Shown: positions 20,009 through 29,755, counted from the stretch's first letter. The stretch: DNA of 64,000 nt from Candidatus Buchananbacteria bacterium (GCA_041664165.1 JBAYLH010000002.1:9665-73664), one strand, 5' to 3'. Program-made: numbers and translations. Notes: generated by a model from the letters alone, not told the origin.

Positions 20009-20668
20009 TTATTTATTGATTTTTTTGTATAAAAGGTATGAGTAAATCATTGGGAATAACGAGACAATGGTAATTCCAGCAATGAAAGAATACCAAAATA
20101 ATTCAGCGGGCAGAAATGAGCCGAAAATCATAAATAAACCCATCAGCATGAATAATTTTCCGCCCAAGCGGTGGGTTTTATTCCAGACTTGTTCATTAGA
20201 CAAAGTCCAGGGGGTCCGAATGCCCATAAACCAATTAGACTTAATCTTACCCATGTAGTTGCCCAGAATTAAAAATAACAGGCCAACAATTGTCGGGACA
20301 ACAACGTTAACTGGCAGCTCGTAGCCCAACCCGGCTAAACCGGTATAAAAATAAATTGCGACCATAAAACCAATAAAAAAGTTTTTAAAAATATGGTAGA
20401 CTTTGGCAAATTCAAGATAATGCTCTTTTTTAGGATCAAGATAAGGTAAACCTAAAAATAAGAGATAAAGGCCGAAAATTAAGCCGGGGAAAAAGAAAGC
20501 GGCAAATCCCTTGCCTGACCAGCCATCGATTTGACCCCGGTAATTCCAGTGAGTCGGAACTTTTTCGGGAAAATTAGCATAAAAATAAAAGCTGGCAAAC
20601 ACACTTAGAATAATTAAAATCACTGGGATAAATTCGGTTTTTAAAGTTGGTTTTATCGGACTGCTCAT
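20009..20668 (-). CDS. sdpI: SdpI/YhfL-family membrane immunity/signalling protein
   Basis: Polytopic 219 aa with family-typical N-terminal HWN..G..DGW motif; cotranscribed with ArsR regulator. Confidence 0.7.
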   Translation of the reverse strand: MSSPIKPTLKTEFIPVILIILSVFASFYFYANFPEKVPTHWNYRGQIDGWSGKGFAAFFFPGLIFGLYLLFLGLPYLDPKKEHYLEFAKVYHIFKNFFIGFMVAIYFYTGLAGLGYELPVNVVVPTIVGLLFLILGNYMGKIKSNWFMGIRTPWTLSNEQVWNKTHRLGGKLFMLMGLFMIFGSFLPAELFWYSFIAGITIVSLFPMIYSYLLYKKINK

Positions 20669-20946
20669 AATTTTTTAGCTTTATTTTTATTAAAAAAATT
20701 ATATAATTCTTCGGCGATTTCTTCAAAAACGCTCAAATTCAGCGAATAAATTATCTGCTGCCCCATCCTCTGAGTTGAGACTAAATTGGCATTTTTTAAC
20801 GTGGTTAAATGATGTGAGAGTGAGGGCAAAGTAATCTCAAAATTAACGGCGATTTCATTGACTGGCAAATCCTTTTTTTTAAGCAATTGCAGGATTTTTC
20901 TCCGGGTCGGATCAGATAAGGCGGTAAAAGTGTTATTAAGAGTCAT
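20665..20946 (-). CDS. sdpR: ArsR-family HTH transcriptional regulator (SdpR-like)
   Basis: LSDPTRRKIL...HLTTL ArsR signature; overlaps sdpI start by 4 nt. Confidence 0.75.
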   Translation of the reverse strand: MTLNNTFTALSDPTRRKILQLLKKKDLPVNEIAVNFEITLPSLSHHLTTLKNANLVSTQRMGQQIIYSLNLSVFEEIAEELYNFFNKNKAKKL

Positions 20947-21056
20947 AGCTTCCCTTTCTTGGATAAATTAGGCGATTTTTATTTAGATATTTAGACAAGT
21001 ATCTAAATAGTATAACAAAAAAATAAGGCCGTCAAATTAATTTATCCACAATCGGT

Positions 21057-21356
21057 TTATTTCCAATAAATCATTTTTAAATAATTGATGGCCAAATAAA
21101 TCGTGGCAGCTTGAAAAAAGTCATTAATCGTCGGTTTATGGCCGGAAACAAAAGGCAAGGCCAAAATTATTACCGGCGCTAAATACATCGTAATCGTATG
21201 CCTTAAACCTTTGGTCCAATTTAATTCAATCGGTAAAGCGCTGTTTCCCCCGGCGGCTAGAGCGCGTCTAATTCTGATTTTATTTTTGACAAAAATTATC
21301 GTTCCGGCGGCAATTAGGATAATGGTGGTAGCGGTTGTCAGGATTACGATCCACAT
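21057..21356 (-). CDS. small membrane protein (paralog A)
   Basis: 99 aa, 2 TM; C-terminal 50 aa similar to neighbour (…NDFF..A..YLAINYLKMIYW). Confidence 0.5.
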   Translation of the reverse strand: MWIVILTTATTIILIAAGTIIFVKNKIRIRRALAAGGNSALPIELNWTKGLRHTITMYLAPVIILALPFVSGHKPTINDFFQAATIYLAINYLKMIYWK

Positions 21357-21360
21357 AAAA

Positions 21361-21786
21361 TTAAAATATTTTTCCCCAGTAAATAATCTTTAGGTAAGCT
21401 AAGGCGAGAAAAGCGACAATGACCTGCAAAATGTCATTAAAAACTATTTTTTCACCGCCGGCTAGCGGAATAAACAAAACGATAATCGGCATTGAATATA
21501 ACAATAAGTCATGTTTCAAGGCTTGGTTTTGGGAAAGATTAACCATTTGAATACCGCCAAGGCGCAACGATTCTTTGCTGTCAGTTTCCGATTTTCTTGA
21601 ATTTAAAAATAGAATCAAAGCAAAGATTAAAAGAACCATCAGCATGAACATAAAAAAGATGAAACTGACGGCGCTTTTGGTCTGGCTTATCGCTTTTTGA
21701 TCGTTGTAGGCTAAAAGCGAAACTACGGCAATTAGCGAAACTGCCATTAAATCACTAAAATCGTCTGATTTGTATTTTTTTGCCAT
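21361..21786 (-). CDS. small membrane protein (paralog B)
   Basis: 141 aa; shares C-terminal …NDIL..I.AFLALAYLKIIYW module with 21057-21356. Confidence 0.5.
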   Translation of the reverse strand: MAKKYKSDDFSDLMAVSLIAVVSLLAYNDQKAISQTKSAVSFIFFMFMLMVLLIFALILFLNSRKSETDSKESLRLGGIQMVNLSQNQALKHDLLLYSMPIIVLFIPLAGGEKIVFNDILQVIVAFLALAYLKIIYWGKIF

Positions 21787-21799
21787 TTTAGTTGGTTAG

Positions 21800-23092
21800 T
21801 TACAAGGCCGGCAAATATTCCAAGGGATTAACCGGAATGCCGTTTAATCGGACTTCAAAATGAAGATGAGGCCCGGTTGTTAACGGTCCGGCGCCCGGAC
21901 TGCCGGGTAAACCGCCTGATAAGCCGATTACCTGGCCTTTGGTTACGTAAGCATCTCCTTTAACGTAAACTGCCGAGACATGGCCAAAAACAGTGGAAAG
22001 GCCGTCGTTATGGATTAACATAATATAAGCATAGCTTTTGTCGCCTTTAAATTGAATTCGCGCGACGTAGCCGTTTTCCGGGGCTTTAATCGGCGTGCCT
22101 TGGCCGGCCCGGATGTCAATGGCCGGATGTTCAAAAATATAGCGAAAGGGGTAATCGGGGTCATGGAAATAAGCGGAAATTCCCCGGCCTGGTGAAACCG
22201 GCCAGCCTAGCCGGGCCGGACCGAAATCCTGGAATCTTTGGTTTTGTTCCTGTTCTTCCAATTTTTTCCGAACGGTTTTTTCGAGCGTGGCAATATCAGC
22301 ATTGATTTGCTGCTGTTCTAGCTGTAATTGGTAGGTATATTTTTGGTATTGTCTTTCAGTCAGTTTAGCTTGGGAAAAAAGGATTTGTTTGGCATTATTT
22401 TTTTCGGTTAATTCTGATTTTTGTTCCTGGAGCTGGGTTTTTAAATCTTCTTCAAGTTTTGCTTTGATTTCCCAGCTGGCTTTTTCGGTTTGTAAATCTT
22501 TTTGGTTGCCTTTCAATTTATCAACGGTATTTTTCAAGTTGGTATGAATTTCTTGGGTGTATTTTATTTGGTCAAAAAAATCAGAGAAAGAGTCGTTGAC
22601 CAAAAGTATTTTTAAATAGCCGACTTGGTCGTTACGGTTGATTAAGCGGATATAGCCGGCGATTTTTTGCTTGTTGTCGGCAATTTTATCTTCAATCTCT
22701 TTAATCTGCAAATTCAATTTTTGGATTTCTAAATTAGTTTGTTCGATTTTCATCTCGGTTGTCTCAATATCCAAATTAACTTTAGCCACTTCATTTTCTA
22801 AAATCGCAATTTGATTTTGCAGGCCTTTGGCTTCCTGCTGTTTGCTTTTAATCTGGTCGGCGTAAGCGTCAACTTCTTTTTGTAAAATATCAATTTGTTT
22901 GCGCCGGTCTTCGATTTTGTTGTTTAGTTCGGCGATGTCATCAGGTTTATTTTCTACCGTAGCCGAACCATCAATTGCCGCGGCGGAAATAATTTTTGGC
23001 AAAACCGAAAAACCAGCGATTATAAAGCTGAGGATTAGGCTGGTTACTAATATTTTCGCCCGGTTTATTTTTGGTTTTTTATTTTGGGTCAT
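21800..23092 (-). CDS. M23/LytM-family peptidase with N-terminal coiled coil (EnvC-like)
   Basis: Signal/TM, long coiled coil, C-terminal M23 motifs (HxxxD ... HLHFEV). Confidence 0.8.
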   Translation of the reverse strand: MTQNKKPKINRAKILVTSLILSFIIAGFSVLPKIISAAAIDGSATVENKPDDIAELNNKIEDRRKQIDILQKEVDAYADQIKSKQQEAKGLQNQIAILENEVAKVNLDIETTEMKIEQTNLEIQKLNLQIKEIEDKIADNKQKIAGYIRLINRNDQVGYLKILLVNDSFSDFFDQIKYTQEIHTNLKNTVDKLKGNQKDLQTEKASWEIKAKLEEDLKTQLQEQKSELTEKNNAKQILFSQAKLTERQYQKYTYQLQLEQQQINADIATLEKTVRKKLEEQEQNQRFQDFGPARLGWPVSPGRGISAYFHDPDYPFRYIFEHPAIDIRAGQGTPIKAPENGYVARIQFKGDKSYAYIMLIHNDGLSTVFGHVSAVYVKGDAYVTKGQVIGLSGGLPGSPGAGPLTTGPHLHFEVRLNGIPVNPLEYLPAL

Positions 23093-23117
23093 TATTACCT
23101 ATTATACAAAAATTGCC

Positions 23118-24551
23118 TTAATTTTGTAAGAGGTTAATCGCCTTTTTAAGCCGGGCAATGGATTTTTCCCGGCCTAAAATGGCGGCAATCGCAAACGGTC
23201 CCGGGGAAGCTTTCCGGCCGGATAAAGCGACCCGCATTGGCCAAAGTAAATCCCCTACTCCCAGATTTTTTTCCTTGATAAAATCAGTTACGCTTTTTTC
23301 CAAGTCAGCTTCGGTCCATTTTCCCGTTTTTATTTTTTCCAGTTCATCGATTAAAGTTTGAAGGTTTTCGGCAGTTTTTTCTTTAGTCAGTTTTTTCCAG
23401 AGTAAAAGCCCGTTGTCATAAGTCGGCTCCTTAAAGAAAAATTCAGTCGCCGCGACAATTTCGCTTAACTTTTTAATCCTTTCCTGCTCGGTTGAAATGA
23501 CTTTTTCTAAATATTTTTGGTCAGGCTTAATTCCGGCTGCCTCAAAAAATGGTTGACAAAGCTTAGCTAATTCGGCTGTATTTTTTTGCCGGATATACTG
23601 GCCGTTAAGCCAATCCAGTTTTTGGGTGTCAAAAATTGCGCCGGCTTTATTGACTTTAGCCAAATCAAAAATTTTGATCATTGCCTTCAGATCAAAAATT
23701 TCTTCAGCCGTTCCCGGGTTCCAGCCCAAAAGTAAAACAAAATTTAACAAGGCTTCCGGTAAGTAGCCGTTTTTTAGATAATCTTCAACGGCGACATCGC
23801 CTTGCCGTTTGGAAAGTTTTGAGCGGTCGGGATTCAGCAAAAGCGGCAGATGGGCAAATTCCGGCGCTTGCCAGCCGAAAGCCTGGTAAAGCAAAACGTG
23901 TTTTGGCGTTGAGGAAAGCCACTCTTCGCCTCTAATGACGTGAGTTATTTCCATTTCACGGTCATCAACGACGGAAGCTAAATGGTAAGTGGGAAAACCG
24001 TCGGATTTTAAAATTATTTGGTCATCAAGAGTTTGGTTGCTGAAACTGACTTTGCCTCGGATTAAATCGTTAAATTCAGTAACGCCGGTTTTAGGCATTT
24101 TAAAGCGGATGACGCGAGATTTTCCGGCCTTAAGCGAGTCATCAATTTCCGTTTGGCTTAAGCGGCAGCAGCAGCCGTCATACATCGGCGGCAGTTTTTT
24201 TTGCTGCTGGGTTTGCCTGACTTGCTCCAGTCTTTCCGGGGTGCAAAAGCAGTAGTAAGCTTTGTCATTTTTGACTAAATCTTGGGCAAATTTTTGATAA
24301 ATTGCCAGCCGCTCCGACTGGACCATCACCTTTTTATTATCCCAATTTAAGCCGAAAAATTTTAGCATTTTTTTGAGATTTTCGACCGCTCCCTCGACTT
24401 TTCTGGTCTGATCGGTATCTTCAATTCTTAATAAAAAATCACCACCAAAGTGTTTGGCAAAAAGATAAACGTATAAAGACGTCCGCAAACTGCCGACGTG
24501 AAAAAAGCCAGTCGGGCTGGGAGCAAAACGGGTTTTGACGGTTTTTGGCAT
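23118..24551 (-). CDS. gltX: glutamyl-tRNA synthetase
   Basis: HVGSLRT (HIGH) and KLSKR (KMSKS) class I motifs. Confidence 0.9.
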   Translation of the reverse strand: MPKTVKTRFAPSPTGFFHVGSLRTSLYVYLFAKHFGGDFLLRIEDTDQTRKVEGAVENLKKMLKFFGLNWDNKKVMVQSERLAIYQKFAQDLVKNDKAYYCFCTPERLEQVRQTQQQKKLPPMYDGCCCRLSQTEIDDSLKAGKSRVIRFKMPKTGVTEFNDLIRGKVSFSNQTLDDQIILKSDGFPTYHLASVVDDREMEITHVIRGEEWLSSTPKHVLLYQAFGWQAPEFAHLPLLLNPDRSKLSKRQGDVAVEDYLKNGYLPEALLNFVLLLGWNPGTAEEIFDLKAMIKIFDLAKVNKAGAIFDTQKLDWLNGQYIRQKNTAELAKLCQPFFEAAGIKPDQKYLEKVISTEQERIKKLSEIVAATEFFFKEPTYDNGLLLWKKLTKEKTAENLQTLIDELEKIKTGKWTEADLEKSVTDFIKEKNLGVGDLLWPMRVALSGRKASPGPFAIAAILGREKSIARLKKAINLLQN

Positions 24552-24552
24552 A

Positions 24553-25296
24553 TTAGTTTTTTACCAGATATTTATTCTTAATAACTAAATAAGGAAAGAC
24601 AATAACGGCTTTAACGATCCTTTGCCAGCGCTGCGGTTGTAAAATTAAGCGGTACAACCATTCTAAGCCAAGGCGCTGAAGCCAAACCGGCGCCCGTTTG
24701 ACCGCGCCGGAGATATAATCAAAAGCGCCGCCGACGCCGATGGCGACTTTGACCGAAGGCATTTTATCAAGATGGTAAAAAATCCATTTTTCTTGTTTGA
24801 CCTGGCCGAAAGCAATAAAAATAATTTTCGGTTCAGCGGCATTAATTTCAGCAATTAAATCCAAATTGGCAGCTTGGGGGTTAGTAACCTCTCCCCCGCT
24901 TTTTGATCCGGCAATTTTTAAATTAGGAAAGTATTGTTTTATTACTTCCGCCGCCGCCCCGGCAATATTTTGCCCGGCGCCGAGAAAATAGACTGAACAC
25001 TCTTTTTGTTCAGCCAGTTCGCTCACCGACCAGACTAGATCAACGCCGGTAACCCGCTGCAGTCTTTGGCCTAAAAATTTAGCCGCTTTGGTCAAGCCGA
25101 TGCCGTCAGCCACGGCAATATCGGCATAGTTTAAAATTTCTTTGAAGCTTTTGTCTTTTTGGGCAGCGACTAAAAATTCCGGATTGGGGGTAACAAGATA
25201 ATGCTGATTTTTTGAATCTAAAAATTGGCTGATTTTTTCCAAAACTTCCTGCAGTGACAAATTATCAATTTTTACTCCCAAAATTTCGACTTTCAT
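24553..25296 (-). CDS. WecB/TagA/CpsF-family glycosyltransferase (GT26)
   Basis: Typical 247-aa size and conserved C-terminal WLYRL motif. Confidence 0.8.
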   Translation of the reverse strand: MKVEILGVKIDNLSLQEVLEKISQFLDSKNQHYLVTPNPEFLVAAQKDKSFKEILNYADIAVADGIGLTKAAKFLGQRLQRVTGVDLVWSVSELAEQKECSVYFLGAGQNIAGAAAEVIKQYFPNLKIAGSKSGGEVTNPQAANLDLIAEINAAEPKIIFIAFGQVKQEKWIFYHLDKMPSVKVAIGVGGAFDYISGAVKRAPVWLQRLGLEWLYRLILQPQRWQRIVKAVIVFPYLVIKNKYLVKN

Positions 25297-25445
25297 AGAG
25301 TTTATAAAAATTTCTTCGGTCGGGGCAGCGGCTGGCTGAATCTGAACCGCTCGACTTCTTGCGGCCCGTCAGCTCGGTAGCGGCTCTTGGTCCGGTAGCG
25401 GGTAACTTTGCTCTTGTTGTAATTTCTCGATGAATGGTCTCTCAT

Positions 25446-25480
25446 AGGTTAGGTGCTAGGGATTAGGTGTTAGGAGCTAA
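25446..25480. repeat. TTAGG/CCTAA microrepeat overlapping stop of thpR
   Basis: ggttaggtgctagggattaggtgttaggagctaa; the thpR TAA stop lies inside the repeat. Confidence 0.6.
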
Positions 25481-26026
25481 AGTGTAGCTGGCTAATATTT
25501 TGTATTCCGCGCCGCTGCCTAAAAGCTGGCTTTCCATCAATTCAATGCTTTTGACTGGAATTTCAATTTTTGGCACGATTAAATTTTTAGTTTTAAATTG
25601 GCAAGGACTGACAATTCTGGCTAATGTTAAATGGGCGTGCCAGAGCCGGTGGTCAAGTTCGAGGCCGATTTTTTCAATGGCTCGGCCCAAATTAAGCTGC
25701 AAGTTCGCCAAATTTTCTCCCCGGGTTTGCCTGGCGGCCAAAAAAATGATCCTGGGTTTTTCTAAGTTTGGGAAAGCATCAATCTTTTCAGTAATTAAAC
25801 CGGTTTGGGCAAAATTTTTAGCTTGATTTTTTATAATTTCTTTAACTTGACTGATTTGCTCTTCGGTCAGATAGCCTAAAAAATGTAAGGTTAAGTGGAG
25901 CCCTTTGGTTTTAACGTAACGGATGACCGGATTGGAATTAATTTTTTTGGTTAAAGACAAAAATTCAGCTAGCTGGGTTTTTACTTCTTCTGACAAATTA
26001 ATCGCGATAAAAACTCGCTTTTTCAT
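25463..26026 (-). CDS. thpR: RNA 2',3'-cyclic phosphodiesterase / 2'-5' RNA ligase (2H family)
   Basis: Two H-x-T-x motifs (HLTLHFLG, HAHLTLAR). Confidence 0.75.
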   Translation of the reverse strand: MKKRVFIAINLSEEVKTQLAEFLSLTKKINSNPVIRYVKTKGLHLTLHFLGYLTEEQISQVKEIIKNQAKNFAQTGLITEKIDAFPNLEKPRIIFLAARQTRGENLANLQLNLGRAIEKIGLELDHRLWHAHLTLARIVSPCQFKTKNLIVPKIEIPVKSIELMESQLLGSGAEYKILASYTLAPNT

Positions 26027-26064
26027 AATTGAATTATATCATCTAATAATGGTATAATCAAGCT

Positions 26065-26952
26065 ATGACCGAGGCATTATTTTATAAAAAATCGGCAGAA
26101 AATCAGGTGAAGTGCGAATTATGCCATCAGTTTTGCCAAATTGCCGCCGGCCAGCGCGGTTTATGCGGCGTAAGGGAAAATCAAAACGGAATTTTGCAGA
26201 CTTTGGTTTACGGCAAAGTCATTGCCGCTCATATTGACCCGATCGAAAAAAAACCGCTTTACCATTTTTTGCCCAAAACCCAAACTTATTCTTTGGCGAC
26301 AGTGGGTTGTAATTTCCGCTGTGCTCACTGCCAAAATGCCGATATTTCCCAGGCTTCTAAAGAGGGCTATTTTTTTGAAAAAAAAGAAATCCCGGGAACA
26401 GATATGACTCCCCGGCAAGTCGTTGAGCAAGCCAAAAAATTTAGTTGTCCCAGTATTTCTTATACCTACACCGAGCCGACGATTTTTTTTGAATTCGCCC
26501 TTGACTGCATGAAATTGGCGGCAGAAAATAAGCTAAAAAATATCTGGGTTTCCAATGGTTACACTGGCTCCCCGGCCCTGGAAATGGCGAAGCCCTATTT
26601 GGACGCGGTTAATATTGATTTGAAATTTTTTAAAGAAGCTACCTACCAAAAAATTTGCGGGGCGAAACTGCAGCCGGTTTTGGACAATTTAGTCTGGTAT
26701 AAGAAAAATAACATCTGGCTGGAAGTAACCACTTTGATTATTCCGACTTTGAATGACAGCGACGAGGAGCTGGGCTTGATTGCAAAGTTTATAAAAGATA
26801 AACTAGGTTGTAATACTCCCTGGCACGTTACTGCTTTTTTTCCGACTTACCGGCTGGACAATTTGCCGCCTATGAATCGGGAAACTATTTTTAAGGCGAA
26901 GGCGATCGGTGAAAAAGCCGGGCTTTTGCACGTTTATATTGGAAATATCTAG
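26065..26952 (+). CDS. AmmeMemoRadiSam-system radical SAM enzyme
   Basis: CNFRCAHCQN CxxxCxxC cluster and family-typical N-terminal Cys pair. Confidence 0.75.
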   Translation: MTEALFYKKSAENQVKCELCHQFCQIAAGQRGLCGVRENQNGILQTLVYGKVIAAHIDPIEKKPLYHFLPKTQTYSLATVGCNFRCAHCQNADISQASKEGYFFEKKEIPGTDMTPRQVVEQAKKFSCPSISYTYTEPTIFFEFALDCMKLAAENKLKNIWVSNGYTGSPALEMAKPYLDAVNIDLKFFKEATYQKICGAKLQPVLDNLVWYKKNNIWLEVTTLIIPTLNDSDEELGLIAKFIKDKLGCNTPWHVTAFFPTYRLDNLPPMNRETIFKAKAIGEKAGLLHVYIGNI

Positions 26953-26954
26953 CC

Positions 26955-28301
26955 ATGAAAAAAATTTTAAAAAAAATTATCGTTTTCAGCGCTTTAGCCG
27001 CCATTGCCATGCCGCAATTGGCGCAAGCGGATTTTTATTTTAATCCCCATTATATTATCAGCGACGAGGAAATCAGCGATTATCAATGTCTGTCTTTGGG
27101 CGGGATTCAGCAATTTTTGGAAAGCCAGGGCAGCGCTTTGGCCAGCCGGTATTTTTTGGATTATCAGGGAGTCAACAAACGGGCATCAGAAATAATCTGG
27201 CAGGCGGCTTTGGAAAGCAAAATTAGCCCTAAGCTTTTATTGGCGACTTTGCAAAAAGAGCAAAGTTTGATTGGAGATCCTTCGCCCAGCCAAAATCAGC
27301 TCGATAAAGCCATGGGCTACCGCTGTCCGGATAGCGGTGGCTGCAACCCCAAAGCGGCGGGGTTTGGCAAACAGGTTGATGGCGCGGCCTGGCAGTTTCG
27401 GCAGTATCTTGATAACCCTTTTAACTGGACTTTTCAAGCCGGCCAACTTTTTGATATCGATGGCTATCTGATCACCCCGGTCAATCAAGCGACCGCGGCT
27501 TTGTATAATTATACGCCTCATTATTCCGGCAACCGGCACTTCTGGCAGATTTGGCAAGACTACTGGGGCCGGGATTTTCCCGACGGCTCGCTGCTTAAAG
27601 CCGACGGCAGCCCGGCAGTTTGGCTTTTGCAATACGGAACCAAAAGACTGATTACGTCATACGGCATTTTGCTTTCCCGTTTTGACCCGAAAAAGATTTT
27701 GATAGTTTCCAAAACTGACTTGGAAAAATACGAAACCGGGCCGTCGATGAAGTTTTATAATTACTCTTTGCTTGGCTTGCCCGATGGTAGCATTTATCTT
27801 TTGGTTGATGATGTTTTGCATCACATTGCGACGCCGGAAGTTTTCAAAACCATCGGCTTTAACTGGGAGGAAGTCATGCCGGCCGATGTCAAAGATTTAG
27901 CGGGTTACAGCTATGGTTCGGAAATTACGGTCAGCAGCGTTTATCCCACCGGCGCGCTTTTGCAAAATAAAAAAACCGGCGGCGTGTATTATATTGAAAA
28001 TGGCATCAAAATGCCGATTATCGCCAAAGAAATTTTAGCGGCTAATTTTAAACAGAAAGTTTTAACGCCGGTTAGCCAAGAAGAGCTTGATAAGTATCAA
28101 ACTGGCGATCCGGTCAAATTCCGAGACGGTGAATTAATCCGTTCTGCGACCGACTCCCGAGTTTACGTAATTTCCGGCGGTTATCGGCGCTGGGTTAAAA
28201 GCGAAAAAGCATTTGCTAAATTTGGCTATAAATGGGATAATATAATTACGACGACTCAAGCCGCGGTTGAACTTCAGCCGCTGGGAGCCGATATTGAATA
28301 A
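26955..28301 (+). CDS. secreted protein with C-terminal G-x-IY-L repeats
   Basis: Signal peptide; repeats DGSIYLL../GGVYYIENG../DSRVYVISGG similar to those of 14769-15902. Confidence 0.55.
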   Translation: MKKILKKIIVFSALAAIAMPQLAQADFYFNPHYIISDEEISDYQCLSLGGIQQFLESQGSALASRYFLDYQGVNKRASEIIWQAALESKISPKLLLATLQKEQSLIGDPSPSQNQLDKAMGYRCPDSGGCNPKAAGFGKQVDGAAWQFRQYLDNPFNWTFQAGQLFDIDGYLITPVNQATAALYNYTPHYSGNRHFWQIWQDYWGRDFPDGSLLKADGSPAVWLLQYGTKRLITSYGILLSRFDPKKILIVSKTDLEKYETGPSMKFYNYSLLGLPDGSIYLLVDDVLHHIATPEVFKTIGFNWEEVMPADVKDLAGYSYGSEITVSSVYPTGALLQNKKTGGVYYIENGIKMPIIAKEILAANFKQKVLTPVSQEELDKYQTGDPVKFRDGELIRSATDSRVYVISGGYRRWVKSEKAFAKFGYKWDNIITTTQAAVELQPLGADIE

Positions 28302-28309
28302 ATAAATTT

Positions 28310-29107
28310 ATGCCTATAGTTTTTGCGGCGATTACGCCCCATCCGCCGGTTTTAATTCCGGAAATCGGCAAGGATAACGTAAAAAAAATCGATAAAACCC
28401 TGCAGGCGTTCAAGAAACTGGAGCAGGATTTTTACGCCTCAAAACCGGAAAGCGTGGTGATAATTTCGCCCCACGGAAAAATTTTGCCTGATTCTTTCAG
28501 CATCAACTTGAATTCCGATTACGCGGCGAACTTTAAGGAATTCGGCGATTTCGGCCTGGAATTAAAATTCAAAAGCGATTACATGTCGATTCAGGAAATT
28601 CGAGCCGCCGATGAAACCAACCAGGCCGTGCCGATAGTTTTAACCAGCGAAAAAGAAATTGATCACGGTTTTTCCATCCCCCTTTATTTTTTGACGAGCC
28701 ATTTGAAAAATATTCCGATCATTCCGCTGACTTATTCCGGCTTGAATTATCAGCAGCATTTCGCTTTCGGCCAGTTTTTGCATCGGCAGCTGGCGAAAAT
28801 CAACAAACGTTTCGCCATTATCGCTTCGGGCGACTTGTCTCATCGGCTGACCAAAGACGCTCCGGGCGGATTTTCGGCCGAGGGCAAAAAATTTGATAAA
28901 AAGCTGGTTGATTTGATAAAAAAGAAAGATACGCAAGGTATTTTGAATCTCGATCAGGAATTAGTAAAACAAGCCGGCGAATGCGGCTTGCGGTCAGTGG
29001 TTACTTTGCTGGGAATTTTGGATGATTTGAACGTCAAGCCGGAGGTGCTGTCTTACGAAGGGCCGTTTGGCGTCGGTTATTTAGTCTGCAATTTTAAGTT
29101 AGTGTAG
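28310..29107 (+). CDS. LigB/MEMO1-superfamily protein (AmmeMemoRadiSam protein B-like / class III extradiol dioxygenase fold)
   Basis: N-terminal AAITPHPP, ISPHG and GDLSHRL His motifs of the LigB/Memo fold. Confidence 0.6.
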   Translation: MPIVFAAITPHPPVLIPEIGKDNVKKIDKTLQAFKKLEQDFYASKPESVVIISPHGKILPDSFSINLNSDYAANFKEFGDFGLELKFKSDYMSIQEIRAADETNQAVPIVLTSEKEIDHGFSIPLYFLTSHLKNIPIIPLTYSGLNYQQHFAFGQFLHRQLAKINKRFAIIASGDLSHRLTKDAPGGFSAEGKKFDKKLVDLIKKKDTQGILNLDQELVKQAGECGLRSVVTLLGILDDLNVKPEVLSYEGPFGVGYLVCNFKLV

Positions 29108-29190
29108 GTGAGTTGGTAAGTTTGTAAGTTTTTAAGTTGGTAAGTTACTAAGTTTATAAGTTTGTAAGTTGGTAAGTTTTTTAGGCGGCG
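29104..29190. repeat. 8-nt period tandem repeat NNTAAGTT x ~10
   Basis: ttggtaagtt tgtaagtt tttaagtt ggtaagtt actaagtt tataagtt ...; TAA every 8 nt closes all three frames. Confidence 0.7.
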
Positions 29191-29207
29191 GCTGGCTTGG
29201 GTGCCAG

Positions 29208-29471
29208 CTATTTTTTAGTTATCAATTTGAAAAAGTATTTCCATTTTTCGCCGGTTTGGCAAAGCTCTTTAGTCTCATTGAGGCATTTTTCGACAAAATC
29301 TTTGGTGTTTTCTTTGCAGATTTTGAAAACGGAGTTTCTTTTAAAAGTCGGAATAGCCAAATCATCGATTATTTTCAAAGCAAAATCCTGCCAGGGATAA
29401 GCCGGCGGTTTGATGGTCTTTTTTTTCGCCATAATGTCTTTGAAATTTTGCGGACCCAAGTCAATTGTCAT
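29208..29471 (-). CDS. hypothetical small soluble protein (87 aa, 3 Cys)
   Basis: Start moved to ATG (MTIDLGPQNF); last gene of minus-strand small-protein operon. Confidence 0.4.
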   Translation of the reverse strand: MTIDLGPQNFKDIMAKKKTIKPPAYPWQDFALKIIDDLAIPTFKRNSVFKICKENTKDFVEKCLNETKELCQTGEKWKYFFKLITKK

Positions 29472-29523
29472 AATATTTAGACTATAGCAGATTAAAGCAA
29501 TAAAAAAAAGCCAGCCAAAACTC

Positions 29524-29733
29524 TTAGCCAAGGGCGTCGTCAATCTGCTGACAAATAAACACGATGACGCCAAAGAGTAAAGTAATGACTAGCTGCAAGC
29601 CAGTTGGGCTTTTGATTCTTTTTGCGGCATGCCTTTTGATTTCTTCAGCGACCAGGTAGGCATTGGTACTGAAATAGGCCGCCAGGAAAATCGAGCCAAC
29701 AATTGATGCTGCCAGCCAGACCCAGCTAACCAT
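29524..29733 (-). CDS. small membrane protein (69 aa, 2 TM)
   Basis: GGAGG SD 6 nt upstream; hydrophobic. Confidence 0.5.
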   Translation of the reverse strand: MVSWVWLAASIVGSIFLAAYFSTNAYLVAEEIKRHAAKRIKSPTGLQLVITLLFGVIVFICQQIDDALG

Positions 29734-29755
29734 AGTTAGCCTCCTTTCTTTCTGG

